The notes under the pieces are model-generated. The model was given only the letters and a program-made list of their open reading frames with translations. It had not been told where the DNA came from and did no database searches. DNA of 64,000 nt from the NCBI GenBank assembly GCA_001662655.1, contig KV460210.1. One strand, written 5' to 3'. Below are positions 1 to 12,228 of the stretch, one piece after another; position 1 is the stretch's first letter, and every line of letters begins with the position of its first letter. This stretch comes from Pseudogymnoascus verrucosus. Its lineage: Eukaryota. Position numbers and translations under genes: made by a program.

Positions 1-472
1 TTTTCTGCAGTGGTAGTGAAATGGATGAAGAAGGAAAGAAGGAAGTTTGTAAGAGACAAGCCATCCTTCATCTTAAGACTGTCGGTCCCTTGCAGCCTTA
101 CCCGGCAAGGCTCCACCGGCAAGGCTCTGGAACAGAACCCCAGCCATCAGATCTGCGCGCGACGATACGCGATATAGTGCTAAATGTGAATAAAGCTCGG
201 GCCTCAATTAAAGTCTGGAGGCGGGAGCTTCAACAATAAATCATCGACATTTTGCATTCAGCGCAGTATTCACAGTATTCGCATATTTACTTCCATTACC
301 GTCTCAAGGGGTTTCAAGACGGATCCTGTCACTTCCAGTGTTTATCTTCACAATCTCATTCCATAGAAACTATCGCTTGCCACCTTTCGCACGAATTGTC
401 CTCCACAATTTCTTGCGACTCCACCTTAAACCACCTCCCATAAAACATGCGACAGACATAAAATCACACTCA

Positions 473-3400
473 ATGGATCCTCCGCCGCGGCCGTCGATGG
501 ATCGCTTCCGGATCCGTGTTGCTGTCTTTTCTCCAGAAGAGGCTCATAATCTGGAGGCAGTCCCGAAACATACTTTCGTTATTGCGAGGAGCCAGCATTT
601 CCCCCTCCAAGATCTTCCCCTCCGCGAACTGCGTGACGTTGCGATAAGAAGATACAAGGACATATACCCCCAGGAGTCGTGAGTCCCCCCGTTGAAATTT
701 TATCCTGCTGTGTCACTGATTTCATTTCCTGCCAGGCTGTTCCAAATCGCCCAGTCTACAGATGCTTATGGCGCCGACCTATACCTCAACGATCGCGTGG
801 GCGACATATTCGCGGACAATGAAGTCTTGAGAGTTATCAAGGGCTCATCTATCAGAGACTCCCTGCCCCCAGACTACGTGAATGGGAGAGCCGGCAGTGT
901 CCAGCCCAGCTATCCACTACAGCGAAAGCGATCCCCCGCCACTTCGAATCTCGGAGACAATTCAAGGGCTGGCAAGAGGCAAAAGGTTTACAGGCCAGAC
1001 GATCCAGTCCCGTCACGCGAGCGCGACCCATCCGACTCCGAGGAGGAGAATGTACTGCCAGAAGACATACTCATCGACGAGGTCATCCCCGATTCGCAGG
1101 TAAACGAGGTCGAAGATGTCGCTAGGCATATCAAGCAGGAGAAGCCCTCCCAAGCAAGCCGGCCAAGTTATAACCCGCCATCTCCAGTCCTAGGCTACAG
1201 AGACGATGGGGGAGTCGTTATTTCTGACTCTCAGGGGAAAGAAACATCAGGACGAAATACCACCCGGCAGACCCGTCAATCACTTCGAAATACCACCGAA
1301 GCCCGGGAAGATCTTCAAATAGCTGCAAAAGCCACCCCAAAACCGAGCAATGGCGCAGCTCGCCGTCCGTCAAATAAAAGGCGCGAGCGGTCTGATGACA
1401 TCTCGGATTTCGAAGAACATACGTCTATCACACCGACCATCACGCCGTCGCGAGGAATCTCAGATACTTATAGTGATTTCGAGACCGACATCGAACAGCC
1501 TTCCAGTTTTCTCAGGCGACGTGGCCGCGTTACTCCCCTGCGCAAAAACAAGAAGGCCTCACCGATCTCTGCAAAGCCGAAAGTAATACAATATGGAAAG
1601 AAGGCAGCAACTAAGAGCAAAGCAAGCGGTTCAGACAACTCAACACCTAAAGCAATTACACCATCCACTCCTGCAATCACTCCTCGTTCGGCAAGTATGG
1701 CAAACAGTGGCCCTATACTGCCAGGTATGACTCGTCAACCCGATAGTGCTTCAACCGACAACGTCGATGACAAGAGTGAGGAGGGTGTGGACGCAGGAGC
1801 CGAAGAGGCTGCACAAGAGGTTTCAAGGCTTACATCTGAATCGGCGGGAAAGAAACGCGCCGCGGAACTAGAACAGGAGAGTCGTCGCACAGGTCAATCC
1901 GAAGGGAGACCAGAAAAGGCAATGGATCAGGCTAGGATTGAAAGAGAGGCAGTCGAGAAAAAGAGTACTGCTACAGCCATTGCTACGGCAAAGATAAAGG
2001 CAGCTAAGAGAAGGAGAGTTGATGCTGCGCGAAAACGATTAGCTGAGGAGGAGAGGCTTAAGGAGGAGGCGGAGAAGGAAGAGGAGGAGGAGGAGGCGGA
2101 GAAGGAGGCTGAGAAGGAGGCTGAGAGGGAAGCCGAGATGGAAGCCAGAGCAACTGAGGCGAAGCTCAAACGGGATCATCTGCTTGCGGAGGAAGCCCGA
2201 AGACAAACGGAAGCAAATGAAAAGGCCGAAGCCGAGGAACGTGAACAAGCCAAGAGACGAGAGGCAGAAGCGGCAGCAAAGGCGGAAGCTGTGAAGCGCA
2301 AAGAAGCTGCCAAGGGAGAGAAAGAGGCCAGTGACAAGAAAGATGCAGAGGTAGCTAGCGCCCGCAAGAGGTCTACGTCTGCCATAAGCCCAGGAGGGAT
2401 GCTTGGTAGGGCTGTAGCGAACTTCAATTCCGAGACCGCGAGCACTAGCCCTAGTGCAAATGTGGTTGATATGCCGCCACCTCCGGCAGCTGCCCGCGGC
2501 CGTCTATCAATGTCGCCAGCTCTTACTCGAAAGAGATCTGAAGATATCAGATCTACGCCAATTCTCCCCCCTCGCAGATCTAGTGACATCAGACCGGCCT
2601 CGTCTGTGGAGCTGGGTCCGGCTGCTCGACGTGTTTCCTTCGCAGAGCCATCGCCGTCCGTGGCGGGGAAGACGCCGAGCAGGGCCACTCAGTCTCCGGC
2701 TCCGGTTCAAACACCGAAGACTGTGAATGGGATCCCGAGCTTCCGTCAATCCAAGCTCGTGCCACCAGGAACTGGAGCCAAGTCGGTTACTCCCAAGGCT
2801 CCCACTCCTTCGAGTTCCCAAGCGCCACCGTCCGGGCAACAAGTTAAATCAACGCCAACGCCAACCCCGAAAACCCGAGCAGATATCACTGCTGCGTTGC
2901 TTAATACTATCAACAAAGGGAGCTGTAAGTTGCAATCCGGATCGATTATAGTATATTACTCAAACTGACTATCTATAGCATCAGCAGTGAAGGCGGCAGC
3001 GGCTGCAAAACCAAATGCCATCGCTATCTCCTCTGATGAGGAAAGCAGCGATGACGAAAGTGTGGGCGAACTAGAGTTGCCACCATTGCCTCCGCCTTCA
3101 TCTCATTCGATTGCACAGAGTCAAATCGCAGCAAGCGGTGACAATGCTAATGACACGGCTTCCAATACCTCCCGTTCCGCATCCGTGTCGACAAACAGGT
3201 CGCAGCGTGAGAGCCGCTCACCCGTACGATTTGTCAACTCTAGCTTCCATTCCAACGCAGCCTCCTCTACCCAATCATTCGATGGATCCCGCCGAGCGCA
3301 ACAAGGCCACTCAAATGGGAGCGAGACATCCGATAAAAGTACTTCGGGAGAGTCAGCTTCAGAAGACGAAGCCTCCGAGTCGGAACTCTCACCAACGAGA

Positions 3401-4093
3401 TCCAAACCTACCATCCCATCTTCTCAAAGCGCCGCATCTCAGCGCATTCTCCCACCGTCGTCGAGGCTCTCACAACTCCGCGATGGCTCAACAACACCCA
3501 AACCTCAAAACGTCGGCGCTAGAAAGGTCAGCAGCGGAAGCGACGCAGAAACATCCGTCCAGAAGCTGCTGGATAGTCAGTTGACCGAAGAGTCGGTCGC
3601 AAGCTCTGCACCAGCCAGGGGTCAAGCGTCTCCAGCACCCAGCTCGTCGCAATTCAGCGCCAGGAATTCCTCTACGCCAGTGCCAAGGCCAAAGCTCACC
3701 AACGGCAACACCTCAGATAGGGGAACACCACGCACGTCCGAGAGACCGGCGGGAATGGCCAGCATGCCGTCCTTGAAACTACGAACAGAAGCCGCCTTGG
3801 AGGAAAGCCACAGGCGGGCCGAGAAAGCCCGCCAGGAGGGCGAGGCCAAAGCAAAGGCTCTCAAGGACGCCGAGGTGGCCGACGCAGAAATCACGGAAGA
3901 GTCGGAGGCCGAGTCATCTTCCGACAGCGACTCCAACTCGGATGACGGAGACGAGAGTAACTCGGAGGCCGGCTCGAACGATGACGTCGAGATGGGTGGG
4001 ATGGGGACGCCGAAGGCCCAGAAGCCAAAGGCCAAGGTGAACTTCTCGGGACTGAGCAAGAAGTTTAGCAAGGGGTTAGCAGGGCGCCGCTAG
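473..4093 (+). CDS. Nucleolar Dnt1/Net1/Tof2-like protein (Cdc14-binding N-terminal domain followed by long low-complexity and coiled-coil regions)
   Basis: ATG at 473; GT-AG introns 679-735 and 2925-2978 join three ORFs in frame. The N-terminus RYKDIYP...STDAYGADLYLNDRVGDIF...VLRVI resembles the Net1/Dnt1 N-terminal domain as recalled from memory. The rest is S/P/E/K/A-rich with an E/K/A coiled coil. Confidence 0.65.
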
Positions 4094-5339
4094 ATTCACG
4101 GAGTGTCTGTGGCAGATGCATTATGTATTTATGATTGGTACTGTTTAATGTTTAGACAGTTCGGATGTCCCGAAGGGTCGAAGCCGATTTTCTGTATCCG
4201 AGGGTCGGGTTGACGGAATCTCAGCCCAGGGTTGGCGAGAAGGGTCTGTCTGCGTTGCCGGAGAGGGGAGTGAGACATGTATTACATGTCATACTGTATT
4301 GGAACCAGAGCGGGCCCGGGTCATCGAATAGCAAGCAGGATGTCATTGATGATGAGCGACCGGTGTGATGGATGTGCCGTCATATGGCAGCGCTATGGAA
4401 TGCAGGATGAGAGATGACTGGACCAGCAGCACGGAAGTAGACAGAAAGGACATGCAAAAGAAATGCAAAGAAATGCACCGCAAATCCCCCCCAGGGACCC
4501 TTTTCCTTCGTCGAACCCTGCATGTCCGCGAGCCTATCGTGCATCTCACATACAAAAATCTATCACATCTCACAAAAATTCGGGAGTAAATTCCACCCCA
4601 CAGCCCAACATACGACACGGAAACACGGCGGAGAGAGGGGGGGACGGATAAAATGCGCTTTTCTTTTTTGTTTGCCCATCTACCACCAATCCTGCAGGGA
4701 TAATCGGCTTGTACCTACCACATACATCGGCGCACCCTTTTTTTTTTTCGCCCCAAAACCAACCCTCTCTCGCTCAACCCTCGTCCCCGGCGGGCGACCA
4801 ATACCGCGGCCCCGTCTCCCCGGGCCCGGCTCACCCAAGGACGCGTTAGTGCTGAGACGGCACTCTGGTTGCTGGCGTCGCGGGGGCGATGGTTACTGGT
4901 CAGACGCTGCTTTGGGACTACCGACCCGCTGAACTGGGCAGTGAGGCGCGGGTGTGTGGTGGGTTGGTGTGGTGGGAAGGGTGTGGTTGGTGGCTTGGAA
5001 GATTGGGATGGTGGGATGGTGGGATGGTGGAATGGGGAATGTGTCAGTGGGTTGGTGGGTGGTGGAGCTTGGGATGCTGGTGGCTGGCCATAGAGAAGGA
5101 AGCTATCTTATGGTATTTGAATTGTAGAATGAGACCTGCATATATGTCTCGTCTGTGCCGGTAAAACGGGTGAGGGTGAGGTTCTTGGGATGATTACTGT
5201 ACGAACTGTGCTGTGTGATCTTTGTACGATGGCTGGAATGGATGCTGTCAGGCGGGAGATGTACGAGGTACACAGGCATGGAAGGGTTACAGCACAGGAC
5301 GTTGTTGGGCCTATTTATATACGGGTGCAGGAAGGACGG

Positions 5340-5770
5340 TATTCTTAGAGTCTTTTTGCTCTTTTTGCTCTTTTTGCTCTTATTGCTATTTTGACGGTCC
5401 ACAGCAGACCTCGAACAGACCCTCGATCGTCCGCCTTCGGTGCCACTATTCCACCAATTCCAGGTGTGACGTTTATGGCGTGAGTGACACCTGCACCGTC
5501 CAACCCGGCGACGAGTAACACCGTTGAAACTACTGAACTATACTGAACTATACTGAACTGCTTCCAGTGACACCGTTCATTTCAGTACCCGTTATGTAGC
5601 ACAAATACGGTATAATAGTAGAATAGTAGTAGTATAGTAGTAGTAGCAGTAGTAGTGTAATTTAGTAGCAGTGTAGTAGTAATTATATTCGTACTATACA
5701 ATTTGTACTATACAAGTGAAAGGCTCTGGTTGGGTTTGTCTGGTTTGTATGGTTTGTATGGAGTACATGC
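5340..5770. repeat. Cluster of short tandem repeats: (TTTTTGCTC)n, (TACTGAACTA)n, an imperfect (TAG/AGT)n tract and (TGGTTTGTA)n
   Basis: Directly visible at about 5352-5380, 5531-5560, 5615-5680 and 5741-5760 in the intergenic region upstream of velB. Confidence 0.8.
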
Positions 5771-7092
5771 CATCGCAGAGTACTGTCCACAGCTGTGAAC
5801 AGCTATTCACAGTAAACTGTTGTACCTCTCCCGCTAAGTTATAGTGGCCAGTACTTCCTCGCTACGACCTACTCAACTACTCTACCGTGCACTACCCGAA
5901 CATTCCTAGAGGTAGATCATCCAGCTTGCCTTTTGCCTCTTTTCGCCTTCTTGTCTTTCCTCCCCCAAACTGACTGATCCATCCTGTGTGAATACACAAT
6001 ACTCTTTGTGTATATATATATATATGCGCACAAATTCTGTTCTGTTCACCTCAATTGTTTCCACTATTTCCAACTTCCTTCAATCTTCCTTGCATCTGCC
6101 GCAATAGGTCGTATACTATAGCTATACTATCTGCACTCTCCCTTACACCTACCTTGTCGCAGTGTGTGCCACTCACTATCCGATCCGAGTACTACCCTAC
6201 CTATACGCATATACGCAGGTCCGCCAGGTTAGAGACAAAAAGACTAGGCGCCAATTTTAAGAGTCCGCTGAAAGTGGAGGTATGAGATGAGATGATGCTT
6301 GATATCAGCCGATATTGTGGAGCTGCTCCTGACTTTGGTTATTGACAGGTCCCCCATTCCAAATAATTTTGGATCGACAAAAAGAGTCTCATCGATCAGG
6401 AATCGCAATTGTAACGCCAGGAAGCTAGGACGACTTGAAAAAAAAGCTTCAAGCTTCAAAGTCTCCCATTATCGCCGCTCCTTCCCTCCTGTCAATCAGT
6501 CAGCCAACGCCCTGTGCGCGAAATCTTGCCAATCCAAAAGCACACACCATCATCCGCAGCATCCACACCACACGGACCTTTCCAACGAAGCTCCCCCCCC
6601 GCACTAGCACTGGCCGCTGAGTGAACACCACCACTCCTTTTAACGACCCCTCTGCACAGCAGATCTATATAACGCGGGCGACTGCTCACATTTTGTCTCG
6701 GACCCCGAACGCAGAAGAAGGAACTTTCTCTCTCTCTGCGCCTCGTGCTGATCCGTGTCGACCTGCAGAGAAAGGAGTCGGGTCGAACGGCATTACAGGG
6801 TACGTCCATCATTATTGTTGGGCTCCGTTGTGCAGATCACGCAAAACCTACCGCGCCCGCCAGACGACGACGTAGATGCAAAGAGAAGCAACTAGTACAG
6901 CGCGCCGTGCACGATAAGCTTTATATATAAACAGAAGGCGCGGGGATTGTCCTCAGCTACGGAGTGGGCACCATCGCATAGCGCCTTCCCTTACAGACCC
7001 CGACGCCCACAAGATTTCTTCGAGTCCTCCCCTCCTCGGTCATTGCTCGTGTCGCATCTTTCTTCTATATTCCCACGAACCCGAGTACCACC

Positions 7093-8931
7093 ATGAAAGT
7101 ATCGCACTACGCGCATGACGACCCTACCGGACACGGCGCACAATATAACATGTCTCCTCCCATGGGCAACCCCAACTATCGCCCGGATGCACCACAATAT
7201 CAGGGGCACCAGGACCAGCCCCACATGCAGCACGCACCAAACGACCAGCAGCAGTACGGTTACAGCCCAAACCCACAAGGCCATCGTGCCAGCCAGAGCT
7301 CGCAAGGGCAAGGTGGCCAGCCAGAGATGCTGGGCCGGGTCCCAACGCGAGGCCCGAATCCGTTGATGCCACTCGATTCGCCGTCAAATCACAATGGAGC
7401 GGATGGCACCCCGATCCTACCGGCCGTGCAGCAGCAGGCTAGTGATCATCCACCGAGCTTTAGTATGATTGAGCTGGGTAGGAGATATACGTAAGTCCAT
7501 TTTCGACCCCTGGATTCCAGTCGGCTACGGCCGTAGCACGGCTTGAAGAATCGTTGCTATTCCCTCTGCCTCACTTCCATAGCCCATGCTGGGGTATATT
7601 TTTTGGATGTATGCTGACTATGGTTATCTGACAGGCTTGAGGTTATGCAGCAGCCCAAACGAGCGCGGATGTGTGGCTTTGGAGACAAGGTAGGTTGTCG
7701 ACGGCGCTTTTTTATGTGTCCTGTCACTAACTTTCCAGGATCGCCGGCCCATTACCCCGCCACCATGCATAAGGGTTGTCATAACGGATGTGGCTACTGG
7801 GAATGAAATCGATACCAAGTAAGCGTCGCGAGTGCAGGTATCCTGATGTACAGCTGCTGACAATTTATAGCGACATCGATCACGGTTCCTTCGTACTGAC
7901 TGTTGATCTGTGGTCTGCCGATGGGAAGCACGAAGTCAATCTCGTCCGACACTCGTCTGCGTCCCCAGCCATCTCCTCAACTATCCCCACCTCGTACGCT
8001 CAGGCACAGGCGGGCGACCACCCGGTCTACTCAAACCCAATGCCAACGCCCACTGGCCCACCCAGTATAGTCCGCGATCCTCAATATCCGTACCATAGCA
8101 ACCAACCGCTACTTCAAGGGCAGTACAACCCTTACCCTGGCCAGCCTCAAGTAAATGCATATGGCCAAACCCAGCAGCAATTCCAACAGGGGCCGCCACA
8201 AGGACAGTATGGCCAGCCCCAGCAACAAGGTCAGTATGGTCAAGGGCAAGAGCGCCAAAATTACCACCCTGGATCAGGGGGAGAGCCTCCAAACCATCAC
8301 ATATTCTACCATACGGGTGATGCCGTCCATCCGGTCGCCTCCAACGCGCCGAGACCATCGGAGTAAGTCCTCCACCCGGGTCCAATCAGCTTTCCAATCT
8401 CATATATGCTAACCAACTCCGCAGCAATCTGATGTACGACCCAGCCGTTGCTCCACGCCCACCTATCTCAAATCCGCCACAAGGCATGTTCACCCGCAAC
8501 CTAATCGGCAGCCTCGCGGCCAGTGCTTCCAAGCTCGCGGACCCCCACGACAAGATTGGCATCTGGTTTGTCCTACAGGACATGAGCATCAGAACTGAGG
8601 GAAACTTCCGGTATGTCTGTCAATCTCCAATTTCTCACACCTCACTGACACGCATAGTCTCCGCTTCTCTTTCACCAACGTCGGCGGCCCCTCCAAGACA
8701 CCCAACGGCAACCCCGCGAACCAGATGTCTGTCCTCAACACTGGCAAGGCACCCGTTCTTGCACTGTGCTACAGTGATGTGTTTACCGTATACTCGGCCA
8801 AGAAGTTCCCGGGCGTGGTGGAGAGCACGCCGCTCAGCAAGTGTTTCGCGACACAGGGCGTTAAGATCCCGATCCGCAAGGATGGTGGAGGAAAGGCGGG
8901 ACAAGGGAGAGAGGACTATGATGAGGATTAG
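7093..8931 (+). CDS. velB: Velvet-family regulator VelB (split velvet domain)
   Basis: Spliced product contains LEVMQQPKRARMCGFGDKDRRPITPPPC, a Q/P/G-rich insertion, FTRNLIGSLAASA...GIWFVLQDMSIRTEG and YSAKKFPGVVESTPLSKCFATQGVKIPIRKD. Predicted introns: 7491-7634, 7690-7738, 7819-7870, 8363-8424, 8611-8657. A velvet domain interrupted by an insertion is characteristic of VelB. Confidence 0.93.
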
Positions 8932-9502
8932 AGGCATAAAAGAGATGTGGGGTTGGGAGAATTATTGAGAGTTATGTAGAGAAGACGGTGGGCAGGGACA
9001 GTTTTTTATTCGGCGCTCGGTGGGGTCGGCACCTTTGCTGTTTTTTTTGTAAGGCGGTGGCTACGTTGCAACCAAAACTGGATAGAACGATGTCCGTGGG
9101 AGAGGTTAGCTCTAGCATTTTTACATGCGGGGAAGTTCATGAATGAATGATATTGTTGTTTGTGTCAGTACTTTGTTTTTGTCTGCAGGTGGTTTGGTGG
9201 GAGTGCTGTTATTTTTATGATTTCAATCAATTAAAAATAATAGATACCTTTAAATATAATAAATTATACCCCAATCCAGCACCTCCAAATCCGTCAAGTA
9301 GATCAATGAGAATATAGCAATGAGTCTGAATACTTACTAGTCTAAGTTCATTGTCAATTCATAGAGCATAAATATTTTCTCGACGTTCACATAGAAATAT
9401 GAGAATGATTACACGGATCACGTGCAACCAAACTCCCGTCTACCCAGAAATCCTATTCCGAGCCAGTCCGGAGAAACGTGACTTTTTTTCCCAGCATTGA
9501 CA

Positions 9503-9522
9503 ATTACGTGACCTTTGATTGG
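9503..9522 (-). promoter_or_regulatory. CCAAT-N12-AAT bipartite motif (CBC/HapX type) upstream of sdh2
   Basis: Minus strand reads CCAAT caaaggtcacgt AAT, matching the CSAAT-N12-RWT consensus, about 270 nt upstream of the sdh2 ATG. Confidence 0.6.
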
Positions 9523-9790
9523 CCAACACACCTGACATAAGCTACCATACCCATGCAACATTTCCCTTCCAGAGCTAGATACCACAACACCCGAGGTCCT
9601 GTGCCGAGCGAACAGCGACACACATCGCCAACGACATCATTCCGAATTTCCTCTCCTGCAACCGTAGCCACGGGTTTCCTTTTGACGCCAACATTCGATT
9701 GTGCACCTCGGGGGCACTAGCGATATTTCCAATCGCTCACACGCGTTGATCATCGCTCTCGCAAGCTCCTTTTCCTTACCCGGTCTCCCA

Positions 9791-10769
9791 ATGGCTTCTC
9801 TCCGCTCCTCAGCACGCCTCGTGGCGGCATCGCGCTCCGCCTTCAGGCCTGCGACTGCTATCCGCTCCTTCGCATCCGTTGCGCCTGCAGCTACCAGCCC
9901 AGCTACTGCCCCGAGCAGTGAGCCGGCGCCAGCGGCTCCGAGGACCAAGACCTTCCACATCTACAGATGGAACCCGGATGAGCCCTCGACCAAGCCGAAG
10001 ATGCAGGCTTATACCCTGGATCTGAACAAGACCGGACCTATGATGCTCGATGCGCTTATCCGCATCAAGAACGAGGATGACCCGACACTCACCTTCCGCA
10101 GAAGCTGCAGAGAGGGAATTTGTGGCAGTTGCGCCATGAACATTGACGGTGTCAACACCCTGGCCTGCTTATGTGAGTTGCACCGGTCTTTCAGCAGACA
10201 TATGCTGGAATGGAGTCTCTTGAACATGTACTGACGCGATATTCAGGCCGCATCCCGACCGATACCACCCAAGAGTCGAAGATCTACCCTCTCCCCCACA
10301 CTTACGTTGTCAAGGACATCGTACCGGATCTCACCCACTTCTACAAGCAGTACAAGTCCATCAAGCCATACCTCCAGCGCACAACCCCAGCCGAACACGT
10401 AAGATTGCCTCCGTCCGTTTTTTGGGGTCAGGAACTAACGCAAAACAGGGCAAGGAGTATCTCCAGAGTGTAGAGGACCGCAAGAAGCTCGATGGCCTCT
10501 ACGAGTGCATTCTCTGCGCGTGCTGCTCGACCTCCTGCCCCTCATACTGGTGGAACTCGGAGGAGTACCTCGGCCCCGCCGTCCTGCTCCAGTCCTACCG
10601 CTGGCTCGCCGACTCGCGTGACGAGAAGAAGATGGAGCGCAAGGCTGCGCTCGATAACTCCATGAGCGTCTACCGCTGCCACACCATCATGAACTGCTCG
10701 AGGACATGCCCCAAGGGCCTGAACCCGGGTTTGGCGATTGCGGAGATCAAGAAGGAGTTGGCTTTCTAG
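9791..10769 (+). CDS. sdh2: Succinate dehydrogenase iron-sulfur subunit, mitochondrial
   Basis: Ser/Arg/Ala-rich presequence; Fe-S motifs [36 protein letters not shown] and [17 protein letters not shown]. Introns 10173-10246 and 10399-10448. Confidence 0.98.
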
Positions 10770-11070
10770 ATGGGGGTGTGAAAAAGGGATGAAAGTTGTT
10801 ACTTGCAGCGGGATTTTTTGAAGTGTGCTTGTTGGGGGGTGGGGGGACTGGCTTTTGTGTAGAAATATAGGTGATAGTTTTACAGAGGAATGACGAGCAT
10901 CCATGTTATTGTAAGGTTTTTCCTTGTCAGAGCCAGCCTGCTGATACCCCTTTAATGTACATGCATCCTTCGCCCACGTAAATATATATACACATTACGC
11001 GGAACAAACTTGGTTCACACGCTATGGATTGTCCGGATTCAAATAGATATCCTGGACGACTACTTTAGTC

Positions 11071-11762
11071 TCAACCCCCTCGAGTAAGCCTATGTTGATT
11101 AGCATCCATCCGCTGTAGTGTGTCTAGAGAAGAGTCTTACCCTCCATCCTTCTCCAGCTTCAGCGGCGTAAAACTGCCCGACCCAACTTTGGGCTTTGTC
11201 GTTGCCACCGCCTTTTCATCGTCATCCCCACCGCATCCACAGTCGTAGAAATCCCCGATCTTGGAGCAGTCGAACAGTTCCTTCTCCAGACGAGTATTCA
11301 CCTCGTTATGTACATGGCACGCCCACGTCGCTGCGCTCGACCGCGTCCGCACCTGCGGCGGGTACTTCTCTAACAAGAGCTGGAAATGCCGTGCACATTC
11401 ACCACATGGGTATAGTCGTGCAAAGAGATAGACAAAGGATTTGAGCGACGTGCTGTCTTCTTCCGTCGGCTGGTCCGGGAATTTCGCCATCATGGTGTGG
11501 AGCAGCTTCCAGGCTGCATTGCCCAGTTCGGCTCTGTCGATTGGGTTAGCCGCTGCCATTAGAGAGGTGCGACAGTGTCTTACTTTACTGTTGCATTCTC
11601 GAGTTTTGGCGCCGTTGCGACGCCATGGAGCACACTGTCGCTGGGGACGATACTCGTATCAAAAGCCGCACGCTGTTGACCCCCACTTGAGAGGAGGAAT
11701 GAGAAAGCGATGAACGCCACGATGGCGATGAGTGCCAACGTCACATGTCGCCGCGGAGGCAT
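11071..11762 (-). CDS. erv2: FAD-linked sulfhydryl oxidase Erv2 (Erv1/Alr family, ER type)
   Basis: N-terminal signal anchor, ELGNAAWKLLH, YPCGECARHF (CxxC), HNEVN and a C-terminal YDCGC motif. Introns 11534-11583 and 11090-11140; last mini-exon ends ...LTRGG*. Confidence 0.92.
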
Positions 11763-12228
11763 TTCATAAAGTTGGACCTTGCAGATGTTGTGAGTCGATA
11801 TGAGCCATGACACATCTTACTATGGTCTAGTTCGGCCTGAAACTGGGGATGGATGGCTATGTCGTCGCTAGCCTCGTTTGGTAGCCTCGCAGCCTCGCCA
11901 CAAATCAACACAGCCCAAGTTCGAACTTCTACCCCACGTTTGACTCATCGTCTACATTTAAAATAGCGATCAGGTAGTCTCTTGCTCTGCATCTGGGATC
12001 ATTTTGTTAGTACTGACGAGCGCTTTGTCCTACTAATATTCTCTTTTGCATTGATTGTTTTTTGAAAACGTTTGAAGTCGCCATATTTCGAAGGCGCAAG
12101 TTATTTAATATTCAGTCTCTGTTCGCCACCATTCAGAGAAGAGAGACCACCACGAGACAACCTTAAGAACAGCAATTACGAAAGTGGCGACTGCGATTCC
12201 TGCTACGTATACAGATAGAGAAGAAAGA

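Noticed and set aside
4345..4420. ATGATGA C-box-like word (another at 50103)
   Set aside because: No D box with a terminal stem at a suitable distance.
12184..12228. GTG-initiated N-terminal extension of the NFX1-like gene
   Set aside because: Only 15 codons, and a good-context ATG follows at 12229; there is no independent support.
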